From Candidatus Melainabacteria bacterium (lineage in GTDB: Bacteria > Cyanobacteriota > Vampirovibrionia > Gastranaerophilales > Gastranaerophilaceae): DNA of 64,000 nt. Below the pieces are notes generated by a model. It saw nothing but the letters and a program-made list of their open reading frames with translations. It had not been told where the DNA came from and did not search any database. The position numbers and the translations under genes were made by a program. Numbering within the stretch: the first letter of the stretch is position 1; the number at the start of each line of letters is the position of its first letter. Below, in pieces: positions 19,887 through 28,601 of this stretch. The stretch covers positions 47,152 to 111,151 of the forward strand of contig QHMG01000005.1 of assembly GCA_003258725.1 (NCBI GenBank). Reading direction: 5' to 3'.

Positions 19887-22052
19887 TTAGAATGGCTTTG
19901 CCATAGGAATAGGAGCTAATTTGCCTGCTTCATCTGATTTTGGAGTTTCGATTTTTACAGGTTTTACTTCAACTTTTGGCGCTGCTGCGTTGTTAATTTC
20001 GTTTTTAACCTTGTTGCTGTTTGAACGAGGCTTGATTACAGGTGTAACTGGTTGTATAACCTCATCATTTATAGCATCAGAAACTTCAGAAGACTCTTGT
20101 TTTTTGTTTTCTTCTGCAGTTTCCTTATCAAATGTTTTTTGTGCTGCATCTGGTGAGATAAACATTGGTGAACCCTTCATTCTGAATGGTTTTAAGGCTA
20201 CAGGCGGATAGTCTGTAAAGTCTTTTGCGCCATAAGGTTCTGTTGCAACTCTCATAACGTCTTTCCAAATAAGGGCTGGAACAGTACCACCTGTTAAGTT
20301 ACCCATTTTTGTATTATCATCGTTACCAACCCAAACACCTGTAACGATGTCAGGAGTGTAACCGAAGAAGGTTGCATCCTTTGAATCATCAGTTGTACCT
20401 GTTTTAACGGCAGCTGGCTTACCAATGTTTGCGGCAACACCAGTACCACTTTGAACAACAGTTTTCATCATGGCTGTCATTGTTGCTGCTGTTTCAATTG
20501 CTAAAACCTTTGTTGATTTTGCTTTTGGTGCAGTGTAAATGACCTTACCTCGAGAAGTTTCAATGCTTTCAACTGCATAAGGTTCTACTTTATAGCCACC
20601 GTTTGAGAATACACCGTAAGCTCTTGTCATTTCAAACAATTTTACACCGTTTGAACCTAAAGCTATTGTGTAGTCATATTCTAAAGGTGTTGAAATACCC
20701 ATTACACGTACTAATTGGATAACAGGTCTAATACCTACGTATTCAATTAATCTAGCTGCACAAACATTTGAAGATACCATTAATGCTGTGTATAAAGGAA
20801 TTTCACCTCTGTATTTGTTACCATAGTTTCTAGGCGCCCAATTACCGATTTTTACAGGTAAATCCTGAATCATATCGTTTGGAGTTAAGCCTTTTTCAAT
20901 AGCAGCGGCATATACAAATGGTTTAAAGGATGATCCTGGCGGTCTTATAGCTTGTGTAACACGGTCATATTGAGATTTTGTGTAATCTTTACCGCCAACG
21001 TATGCTAAAATTTTACCATTTTGAGTGTTGAATGAGAATACAGCGGCTTGTTGCTTGTCGCCTTTTAAGCCCCAACTGTTCATATTTCTTGTAACTGCTT
21101 CATTTGCAGCCATTTGAGTCTTGTAATCAAGTGTAGTTACAATTTTGTAGCCACCTTGTGAAATGTCTGTTTCATCAAAGCCAAGTTTTTCAAGCTCATT
21201 CATTACGTAATCGCAGAAATATGGAGCTTTGTTGAAGGTGTAAAGCTGTGGTAGAGAGCTTAAGACGATTTTTTCGTGTTTTGCAGCTCTGTATTGGTCT
21301 TTTGTAATGTAACGCATTTTGTACATACGTTTCAATACTTGGTTTCTACGTTGTTGAGCTTTTTTTATATCGTTAAATGGTGAATATACAGATGGTGCTT
21401 GAGGAAGACCTGCAATAAGTGCGATTTCACCTAAACTTAACTCGTTGATGTGTTTATTGAAGTATATTTGAGCCGCACCTTCAACACCGTAAGCGCCAGA
21501 GCCTAAATATACATTATTCAAGTACATTTCAAGAATTTTGTCCTTTGAAATAGTTTTTTCAATTCTTGCAGCAATTACAAATTCTTTAATCTTACGGTTG
21601 AAAGTTTTTTCGTTAGATAAGAATAAAATTCTTGAAAGCTGTTGTGTGATAGTACTTGCGCCTTGTACAACGTGTCCAGCCATAATGTTTGCAACGATAG
21701 AACGAGCTAAACCTAATAAATCATAGCCGTCATGGTGATAGAAGTTTTTGTCTTCTGTTGCAATAATAGCTTGGATTAGAGTGTCAGGAATCTCGTCTAA
21801 TTCAACCTTTTTAAAGGTGTAAGCCGTAAAGGTCTTAATAATTTCACCGTCAGATGAATAAAGTTTTGTGATAATATTTGGTCTGAATTGCTCTAAATTG
21901 TTGATTGGTGGTAAAGTGCTTAAGTATAGCTTGAAAGATACAATACCAGCAAAGCATACAGCGATTATAATGCTTATGCCATAAGCGATAGAGGTTCTTA
22001 ACTTCTGGTTTTTAGCTTTTTTAATTTGCTTTGGAACTATAAAATTATACAT
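19887..22052 (-). CDS. mrcA: Class A penicillin-binding protein (PBP1A; glycosyltransferase plus transpeptidase)
   Basis: GT51 motifs EDKNFYHH and RKIKE. Transpeptidase SSFKP, SSN, KTGT. Pro/Lys-rich C-terminal tail. Confidence 0.9.
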   Translation of the reverse strand: MYNFIVPKQIKKAKNQKLRTSIAYGISIIIAVCFAGIVSFKLYLSTLPPINNLEQFRPNIITKLYSSDGEIIKTFTAYTFKKVELDEIPDTLIQAIIATEDKNFYHHDGYDLLGLARSIVANIMAGHVVQGASTITQQLSRILFLSNEKTFNRKIKEFVIAARIEKTISKDKILEMYLNNVYLGSGAYGVEGAAQIYFNKHINELSLGEIALIAGLPQAPSVYSPFNDIKKAQQRRNQVLKRMYKMRYITKDQYRAAKHEKIVLSSLPQLYTFNKAPYFCDYVMNELEKLGFDETDISQGGYKIVTTLDYKTQMAANEAVTRNMNSWGLKGDKQQAAVFSFNTQNGKILAYVGGKDYTKSQYDRVTQAIRPPGSSFKPFVYAAAIEKGLTPNDMIQDLPVKIGNWAPRNYGNKYRGEIPLYTALMVSSNVCAARLIEYVGIRPVIQLVRVMGISTPLEYDYTIALGSNGVKLFEMTRAYGVFSNGGYKVEPYAVESIETSRGKVIYTAPKAKSTKVLAIETAATMTAMMKTVVQSGTGVAANIGKPAAVKTGTTDDSKDATFFGYTPDIVTGVWVGNDDNTKMGNLTGGTVPALIWKDVMRVATEPYGAKDFTDYPPVALKPFRMKGSPMFISPDAAQKTFDKETAEENKKQESSEVSDAINDEVIQPVTPVIKPRSNSNKVKNEINNAAAPKVEVKPVKIETPKSDEAGKLAPIPMAKPF

Positions 22053-22095
22053 TTTTTCCCTTGCCTTATATAATAATTATCCTATAATATAATTA

Positions 22096-22512
22096 TTGTA
22101 TAAAAAACGAAATTGTAAACACATGTTAGATTTTATTGTATCATTTATAAACGAAATCCGCTCATATTTTGTACCCGAAAGGCTTACTTACAAGGTCGTT
22201 GGAGAGTGTAAAAAATGCGGAAAATGCTGTAATCACATGTATAGCTATGATGAGTATACAGAAAAAGAATTTAAATTTATGCAACTTTTATTTCCAGCAT
22301 ACCGTAGATTCTACATTAAAGGAAAAGATGAAGACGGAAAACTAATATTTGCGTGCAAATTAGTATCTCCAGAAGGTTTGTGTACAGTGTATGACAAGCG
22401 TTTGGCGATGTGTAGAAAATATCCTGCAAAACAAATTCGTTTTTATGCAAAAATGCCCGAAGGGTGCGGATATACTGTAATTAAGAAGGATTTTAAAGAT
22501 TATTTAAAATAA
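22096..22512 (+). CDS. YkgJ/UPF0153 family CxxCxxCC protein (FliB-type putative zinc/iron-chelating domain)
   Basis: CKKCGKCC motif with additional conserved Cys. 138 aa. Confidence 0.55.
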   Translation: MYKKRNCKHMLDFIVSFINEIRSYFVPERLTYKVVGECKKCGKCCNHMYSYDEYTEKEFKFMQLLFPAYRRFYIKGKDEDGKLIFACKLVSPEGLCTVYDKRLAMCRKYPAKQIRFYAKMPEGCGYTVIKKDFKDYLK

Positions 22513-22560
22513 TTGCCAAAGCTGAAAAAATGCTTTATAATTTTATTGACAGGAGTAGAT

Positions 22561-23874
22561 GTGGGAAGAATTAAATCAAGTATAATCATAGTTTTAGCGC
22601 TTTTTGCGATGATGATATCGCCAAAAACCTTTGCAGTTGAGCAAATTCTAGATGTAATGCTTCCATCAAGCAGTTTTTTAGATGTTCCTGACAATTATTG
22701 GGCATATACAGAAATATCGGAACTACACCACAAGGGCATTCTAAAGGGGTATCCAAGCCAAAAGTTTTGCCCAGAGGCTTTTATAACCAGAGAAGAATTT
22801 GCAACAGCTGTAATCAAGGCTCTAGGCTTAAATGACGGTGAGGTAATGGATCCATTGGTACTAGATGATGTGTTCCCAGAGGATTGGGCATACCAAAATA
22901 TACAAAATGCCTTCTTTTTCGGACTTTTTTTGCCACCTAGAATGGCAAAGGACGGCGGATATTATTTCTATCCAACTCAAAATATAACAAGAGCTCACGC
23001 TATTACAATAGCTGTAAATTCAATAAAAACAGTGCCAATGACAAAGAAAAAAGCTAAAAGTGTTTTAGAATATACCTATGACGACTTTTTTAAAATTCCA
23101 GATTGGTTTGTAGCACCAGCAGCAAAGGCTCAAATTCTTGATATGCTTGTGATTGACCCAAGAGGAAAGAAAGAAATTGCTTATGACAAGCCAATTACAA
23201 GGGCTGAAACGGCTGTATTGCTTTATAATATGATTGAAGAAGCTCGCAAAAACCCGAATGATAAGATTAAAGCTGCTTTTGAGAAGAAAATTTCAGCTGA
23301 GGGTCACGTAATTCAAGATGCAATTGTAGATGACAGTATAGCTACAATACCTGCAGGAACTGAATTGCCGTTGATTATTACAGGTAAAATAAGCTCTCAG
23401 AAGGCTTGTGAAGGTGAAAAATATGTTGCTTTAGTGCCAAAGAACTTTATTACAGCTAAAAAATATTTGTTAATTCCTTATGGTGCAAGGTTTACAGGTC
23501 ATGTGCAACAAGTTAAAAAAGGTCGTTTTTTGATTAGAAATGCCGTTTTAACACTTCAAAACGACAGTTTAGACGTTCTACATCAGCCATTAACAAGGGT
23601 GAACGCTATTGCAGAGATTAAGACTTCCAAAAGTGACTCTAGATTTAGAAAAATCTTTAAAGGGGAGAAATTGACCGTAGATAGAGGTGAATTTCTATAC
23701 ATTAAGTTGTTAGAGCCAATAAAAGTAGACGTTTCGACTGGTCGACTTCTTGTAAACCCTGAATTAGAGTACAAAAACAACTCTGTAATGGACCCATATC
23801 AACATAAAAATGAGGCAACTAAAAAACAGGTTTTAGATTACATAAAATCTCCTACTGAGGTAGAAGACCTATAA
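22561..23874 (+). CDS. S-layer homology (SLH) domain-containing secreted protein
   Basis: Probable GTG start at 22561 (AGGAG 6 nt upstream), then a signal peptide. Two SLH repeats (DVPDNYWAYTEISELHHKGILKGY...; EDWAYQNIQNAFFFGLF...). C-terminal domain of unknown function. The track ORF starts earlier at 22513. Confidence 0.6.
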   Translation: MGRIKSSIIIVLALFAMMISPKTFAVEQILDVMLPSSSFLDVPDNYWAYTEISELHHKGILKGYPSQKFCPEAFITREEFATAVIKALGLNDGEVMDPLVLDDVFPEDWAYQNIQNAFFFGLFLPPRMAKDGGYYFYPTQNITRAHAITIAVNSIKTVPMTKKKAKSVLEYTYDDFFKIPDWFVAPAAKAQILDMLVIDPRGKKEIAYDKPITRAETAVLLYNMIEEARKNPNDKIKAAFEKKISAEGHVIQDAIVDDSIATIPAGTELPLIITGKISSQKACEGEKYVALVPKNFITAKKYLLIPYGARFTGHVQQVKKGRFLIRNAVLTLQNDSLDVLHQPLTRVNAIAEIKTSKSDSRFRKIFKGEKLTVDRGEFLYIKLLEPIKVDVSTGRLLVNPELEYKNNSVMDPYQHKNEATKKQVLDYIKSPTEVEDL

Positions 23875-23974
23875 ATAAAGTTGTTTAGGCTTGGGTAATT
23901 TCTGTAATTCACTCTATAATAGTCAAAAATGAACAATAAGAAGGTGAAAATATTAAAAACAGGTGAATTTAGGG

Positions 23975-24026
23975 GCACGTGTCCGTAAAAAAGCGTACGT
24001 AAAAATACGTCCGTTTTAAAGCGGTC
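23975..24026. promoter_or_regulatory. Candidate operator: direct repeats GTCCGT-N6-AGCG flanking the palindrome TACGTAAAAATACGT, upstream of tandem plsC
   Basis: Read directly: GTCCGTAAAAAAGCG TACGTAAAAATACGT CCGTTTTAAAGCGG. Confidence 0.3.
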
Positions 24027-24045
24027 AAAATTTTACAGTTAAAAA

Positions 24046-24054
24046 TGGTATAAT
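24046..24054 (+). promoter_or_regulatory. Extended -10 promoter element (TGGTATAAT) for the plsC pair
   Basis: TGnTATAAT consensus about 105 nt upstream of the plsC-1 ATG. Confidence 0.35.
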
Positions 24055-24158
24055 ATTTTCGTTAAATTTTATTGGTTAAAATTTTTTTTTAACTTAAAAC
24101 AAATTCACAAAACTAAAAAAAAGACATGTTTATATTATAATCATGTAAAGGAGGCAAA

Positions 24159-24815
24159 ATGGCAAAGCAAAAAGTAAATTACGCAAGAAGAACTGCGAAA
24201 TATTTCAATTTTATGAGAAAAGTTTTCCAAAGAATTGTTACTAATGTTTGGTACTGCCCTCGTTTTAAGCTAATTTACAAATTGAAAATTGAAGGCAAAG
24301 AGAACATTCCTCATAACAGCGACTTTATTGCTTGTGGCAACCATTTGTCTAATTTAGACCCATATATAATAACTTACATTATGCCAAAACCCGTAGCATT
24401 TATGGCGAAAAAAGAGCTTTTTGAAAAAGCCTTTACTCGTTGGATGTTAGATTGGCAAGGTGCTTTTGCGGTAAACAGAGAAAAATTAGAAGTCTCTACA
24501 ATTAAGACAGCGCTTGAAGTTAAGAATACAGATTGGATTTTAGGCTTGTTTCCACAAGGTACAAGAGCAAAGAGTGGAACTATTGAAAACATTCACAAAG
24601 GTTTTGCAGGTCTTGCTCGTTCAACAAAATGCGGAATTTTACCAATCGGTATTGTTGGGTCAGAAAAAACAACTTGGCTACCATTTAAGGGCAATATCAC
24701 AGTTAAAATTGGTGAATTAATCCCTTATGATGAAGATTTAGACGCAGTAATGGAAAAATGGGCTAGAGCTATTCAAGAGCTTACAGGCTTTACATACATT
24801 CCAAATCCAGCATAA
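24159..24815 (+). CDS. plsC: 1-acyl-sn-glycerol-3-phosphate acyltransferase (LPLAT family), copy 1
   Basis: NHLSNLDP (HX4D) motif, FPQGTR, and an N-terminal TM segment. Confidence 0.8.
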   Translation: MAKQKVNYARRTAKYFNFMRKVFQRIVTNVWYCPRFKLIYKLKIEGKENIPHNSDFIACGNHLSNLDPYIITYIMPKPVAFMAKKELFEKAFTRWMLDWQGAFAVNREKLEVSTIKTALEVKNTDWILGLFPQGTRAKSGTIENIHKGFAGLARSTKCGILPIGIVGSEKTTWLPFKGNITVKIGELIPYDEDLDAVMEKWARAIQELTGFTYIPNPA

Positions 24816-24840
24816 AATAGAATGAGGAATTAAGAATAAA

Positions 24841-25512
24841 ATGACACATGTCGAAAAAAACTATGCAAAACGCACAGCGAAAGATTACCACATATTTAGA
24901 ACTATATTTTTTATGTCCTTCTTGTGGTCAGTCGTTTTACCTGTAACAACATTAATGTACAACCTAAAAGTTAAAGGCAAAGAAAATTTACCTAAAAAAG
25001 GAAATTACATGCTTGCAAGTAACCATGTTTCAGAAATGGATCCACCATTTTTGGCTTGCGCTTGCAATATGCCAATAGCATTTATGGCTAAAAAAGAACT
25101 TTTTGATAAAACAGAACCAAGAAATTGGCTTGTTAAGAAATTAGGCGCTTTTTCTGTTGATAGAGAGCATCCTGGAATTTCTACTTTTAAATCAGCAAAA
25201 GAAATCTTTAAAACAAGTTGGAAATTGGGTATCTTCCCAGAAGGCGGAACTCGTAAAAATAAAAAGATTGAAAATGTGCACAATGGTTTTGTTGCTTTGG
25301 CGAAGGCCGCAAAAGCTGATATTGTACCTGTTTCAATTTCGGGTTTTGACGGATATTCAAAACGACTTTTTGAAAAACATGTAACTGTAACTATTGGAAA
25401 ACCAATTTCTTACCAATTGGAAACTGATGAAATTGTGAGACTTTGGTGTCAAGAAATTTCGAAAAATACAGGTTTTGAAAATTGCATGTTGCAAGAAAAA
25501 AGTTCATGTTAG
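24841..25512 (+). CDS. plsC: 1-acyl-sn-glycerol-3-phosphate acyltransferase (LPLAT family), copy 2 (tandem paralog)
   Basis: NHVSEMDP, FPEGGTR. Collinear with copy 1, including the N-terminal Y.RRTAK motif. Confidence 0.8.
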   Translation: MTHVEKNYAKRTAKDYHIFRTIFFMSFLWSVVLPVTTLMYNLKVKGKENLPKKGNYMLASNHVSEMDPPFLACACNMPIAFMAKKELFDKTEPRNWLVKKLGAFSVDREHPGISTFKSAKEIFKTSWKLGIFPEGGTRKNKKIENVHNGFVALAKAAKADIVPVSISGFDGYSKRLFEKHVTVTIGKPISYQLETDEIVRLWCQEISKNTGFENCMLQEKSSC

Positions 25513-25552
25513 AATACATGTATTATAATTATACAAGATAAGGAAAATAAAA

Positions 25553-25882
25553 ATGAATTCAGTCGTAGTAATTGGTAGAGTAGGACAAGACCCAGAGCTA
25601 AAGTTTTTTGAATCAGGAAAATCAAGAGCTTCTTTTTCAGTGGCAGCAAATCGCTGGGATCCAAAAACTCAATCAGAAGTTACAGACTGGTTCAATGTAG
25701 ATGTTTGGGATAGAACCGCTCAATTCGTTGGTGATTACGTAAAAAAAGGTACGCTTGTGGCTATTGAAGGTCGTATCGCATCTAGCAAATGGAAAGACCA
25801 AACAGGCGAAGAAAGAGAAAGATTTTTAATTGTTGCAAACAACGTAAGACTTCCAGGTTCTAGAAAAGACGACGGACAATAA
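25553..25882 (+). CDS. ssb: Single-stranded DNA-binding protein, short form without the acidic C-terminal tail
   Basis: OB-fold SSB motifs (VVIGRVGQDPELKF, WFNVDVW, LVAIEGRI). Ends ...PGSRKDDGQ with no Gly-rich linker or DDDIPF tail. Confidence 0.8.
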   Translation: MNSVVVIGRVGQDPELKFFESGKSRASFSVAANRWDPKTQSEVTDWFNVDVWDRTAQFVGDYVKKGTLVAIEGRIASSKWKDQTGEERERFLIVANNVRLPGSRKDDGQ

Positions 25883-27207
25883 TGATTATTTCTGATATGG
25901 TCGGAATCGTTGCTGACGATTTGACAGAGGCTAACGAAGCTGCTTTACAATTTCACTTAAGAGGTGCAAACTCTCAAATTCTTTTAGATTTTGAACAAGG
26001 CTCTACTAGAAATGTTAAAAACACTCAAGTTTGGGCTGTTTCAACAGCGACAAGAAATCAAGACCCCGTTTTTGCGCACGATGAGGTTGTAAAAGCTACA
26101 AAATATTTTTTAGATAATTTAAGTCTAGACTATTTCTTTAAAAAGATTTCATCAACTTTAAATGGTAATATTGGCGTTGAAACTTTTGCTATGCTTGAAA
26201 CTTTAGAGTGGGACGCTGCAATTATTATTCCTGCATATCCTTCTGAAAACAAGATTACAGTTGGTGGATATCAGCTAATTAAGGGGCAACCTATTGAAAG
26301 AACTGAGTATGCACGTGATGTAATGAATCAACTGCATGAATCTCATGTTCCAACTTTAATAAAAAGACAGTTAGGAGAAGAAAAGGCTGAACTTGTTGGT
26401 ACGCTAGAACTCCAAACAATTATGAAAGGTGCAGGTCCAGTTCTTCAAAAAATTCATGAACTTGTTAGAATGGGCAAAAAACTTATTGTAGCTGATGCTG
26501 TTTCTATCACAGATATTGAACAAGTCATTTTGGCATGCAAAAAATCTAATTTAAGATTTTTACCTGTTGGAACTTCAGCAACAGCACAAGTTTTAGGGAA
26601 TGTTTGGTTGCCACCTTTAGAAAATCAATTAACAGTTAAGTCAATTCCGCAAATGCCAAAATTGATTTTGTCAGGTACTGGTACGCAAACAACAATTACT
26701 CAACTTGAAGTGCTTGATAAATCAGAAGATTACGACAATACATACTTTATAGAACTTGATATGAACACTGTTTTGGGTGGCGTTCGAGATGATTTTGTAG
26801 AAAGAGTCGTAAATAATTTGGGCGAAAATAATATTGTTGCGGTCACAGCATCAAATTTAATTAAGAATTTTGATGGTTTTTCAGACGATTCTTTAAATGC
26901 CGATATGACAAAGTCTAAGTTGTTAGAACATGTCTCTGCATTTTTGGGTGAATTGACAAACGCTGTAACAAGCAGAAAAGAAGTTATTTTAATTACACTT
27001 GGTGGCGAAACTTCGTTCAAATGTTGCCAAGCGATAAATTCAAATCAATTACAGATAATAGATGAGATTGCACCACTTGTTGCTTTAACATTAGATCACA
27101 AGGCGCAATGGATTGTTTCAAAATCTGGGCATATAGGTAATTCTAACTCTTTAATAGAGATATTGAATTATTTTGAACAACATAAACCCGATGATGAAGA
27201 GAAATAA
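25882..27207 (+). CDS. Four-carbon acid sugar kinase family protein (OtnK/DUF1537-DUF1357-like)
   Basis: N-terminal GIVADDLTEANEAAL matches the DUF1537 nucleotide-binding start. 441 aa. Coupled to ssb (ATGA overlap). Confidence 0.55.
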   Translation: MIISDMVGIVADDLTEANEAALQFHLRGANSQILLDFEQGSTRNVKNTQVWAVSTATRNQDPVFAHDEVVKATKYFLDNLSLDYFFKKISSTLNGNIGVETFAMLETLEWDAAIIIPAYPSENKITVGGYQLIKGQPIERTEYARDVMNQLHESHVPTLIKRQLGEEKAELVGTLELQTIMKGAGPVLQKIHELVRMGKKLIVADAVSITDIEQVILACKKSNLRFLPVGTSATAQVLGNVWLPPLENQLTVKSIPQMPKLILSGTGTQTTITQLEVLDKSEDYDNTYFIELDMNTVLGGVRDDFVERVVNNLGENNIVAVTASNLIKNFDGFSDDSLNADMTKSKLLEHVSAFLGELTNAVTSRKEVILITLGGETSFKCCQAINSNQLQIIDEIAPLVALTLDHKAQWIVSKSGHIGNSNSLIEILNYFEQHKPDDEEK

Positions 27208-27269
27208 ACAAAGTCAAGTTTGTAAACTTTTGTAAAATTATTAATTGTATTATTTACAATTAATAATTT

Positions 27270-27824
27270 TTGTGCTATATTATAAGTGTTATGAACATTA
27301 CTCCAATTAATAAAAATTACACAGCCCCAAAAAGCATGCGCACTTTGAACTTCGGTTCTAAGGTGAGCGCTCAAGTTGGTGAAGCAAACAAAAATTTTTG
27401 CTCAAAAACAATTGTAAAAAACACACTAAAAGAATTTAGCAATTCTAGAGGTCAATATTTGGCAGATATAGATTTATCAGATATCTACATTCCAAATACT
27501 CCTAAAGCAAAAACAGTTGTTCAAACCCCACCAATTGTTTTTGGTAGTGCGGTTAAATGTTTAGCTGACCAACCATTAGCAGATACTTTTGAATTAAGTA
27601 CAAAAAAACAAGACAAGAATTTGCAAATCCCATTTAAGGGTGCTTATCCTCAATACTTGATTGATCAAGATGGTGTTGTTGAAGATTACGAATGTACTTC
27701 AAACGGAATTCAGGATATAGCCTATTCTTCCTACTGTAAGCCCGCGAGCTATTCTTTTAAAGGGAAAGAGGAAAATATTTTACAAAAGATATGCAAAACC
27801 TTAAAAGAATATTTACCATTATAA
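27270..27824 (+). CDS. Hypothetical protein
   Basis: 184-aa ORF with no recognisable domain. Confidence 0.3.
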   Translation: MCYIISVMNITPINKNYTAPKSMRTLNFGSKVSAQVGEANKNFCSKTIVKNTLKEFSNSRGQYLADIDLSDIYIPNTPKAKTVVQTPPIVFGSAVKCLADQPLADTFELSTKKQDKNLQIPFKGAYPQYLIDQDGVVEDYECTSNGIQDIAYSSYCKPASYSFKGKEENILQKICKTLKEYLPL

Positions 27825-27853
27825 TTTCTTAAAAAAGAATAAGCAACCGAGTT

Positions 27854-27890
27854 TCAGACCATTTCAATTTATTTAGGGTCTGATTTTTTG
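27854..27890 (+). terminator. Rho-independent terminator
   Basis: TCAGACC...GGGTCTGA stem followed by TTTTTTG. The loop-stem sequence AATTTATTTAGGGTCT resembles the intergenic palindromic element family. Confidence 0.6.
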
Positions 27891-27968
27891 TATCAATATG
27901 TATTAATTCTTGCTATTTTTGAATACAAAACACTTGCATTTTTAGCGATTGTCTATTAAAATAGCTGT

Positions 27969-28586
27969 ATGAGTGATTTAAGTTTAAACCAAAAAGCAAA
28001 AATATTCTTCGATGGTGAAAATGGCATCGAAATGGAACTGGACTGTTATATCAATAATATTGAAGATGACAGATTGGGATTAGATTATCCGCAAGACGCT
28101 GAGACTTTGAAAAAGTACTTGGAAGAAGGTACTCCGATTGACGTAAAAATCTTTACTCCATCGGGTCTTATGGTCTTTGAATCTGTTGTTATCAATTCTC
28201 CAGATGAAGGTTTCGTTATTGAATATGTAGAAGACGCTGTTGTTATTCAACGTCGTGATTATTCTCGTTCACCGTTGAAAACTAAGTTAGAATTGAAACT
28301 AAGAACTGAAACTTTTGTTGCTAGTACAATTGATATTTCTGGTGGTGGTATAAAATTCTTCTCTAAAGAAGATTTGAACCCAGAAGAAGTCGTTACTGGT
28401 AAGTTATATCTTAAAAATTTCGATGTACCTGCCAGATTTGAAGCTGTTATCCTTGATAACCCTTCTCTTCAACCTGACGAATACACTCTTGCTTTCACAA
28501 ATATTGATGAAAAAGAAAGAGATAAAATTATCAAAACTTGCTTTGCTATTGATATGCAATCAAGACGCAATAGGAATGAAGAATAA
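27969..28586 (+). CDS. PilZ domain protein (YcgR-like N-domain plus PilZ), c-di-GMP receptor
   Basis: RRDYSRSP ... DISGGGIKF matches the PilZ RxxxR / DxSxxG motifs. Confidence 0.7.
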   Translation: MSDLSLNQKAKIFFDGENGIEMELDCYINNIEDDRLGLDYPQDAETLKKYLEEGTPIDVKIFTPSGLMVFESVVINSPDEGFVIEYVEDAVVIQRRDYSRSPLKTKLELKLRTETFVASTIDISGGGIKFFSKEDLNPEEVVTGKLYLKNFDVPARFEAVILDNPSLQPDEYTLAFTNIDEKERDKIIKTCFAIDMQSRRNRNEE

Positions 28587-28601
28587 TTTTATTAAATTAT
28601 C

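Noticed and set aside
27840-27960. Mobile element or integration site near the terminator that resembles the palindromic element
   Set aside because: Only a single hairpin plus T-run with a partial loop similarity. No flanking repeats or transposase.
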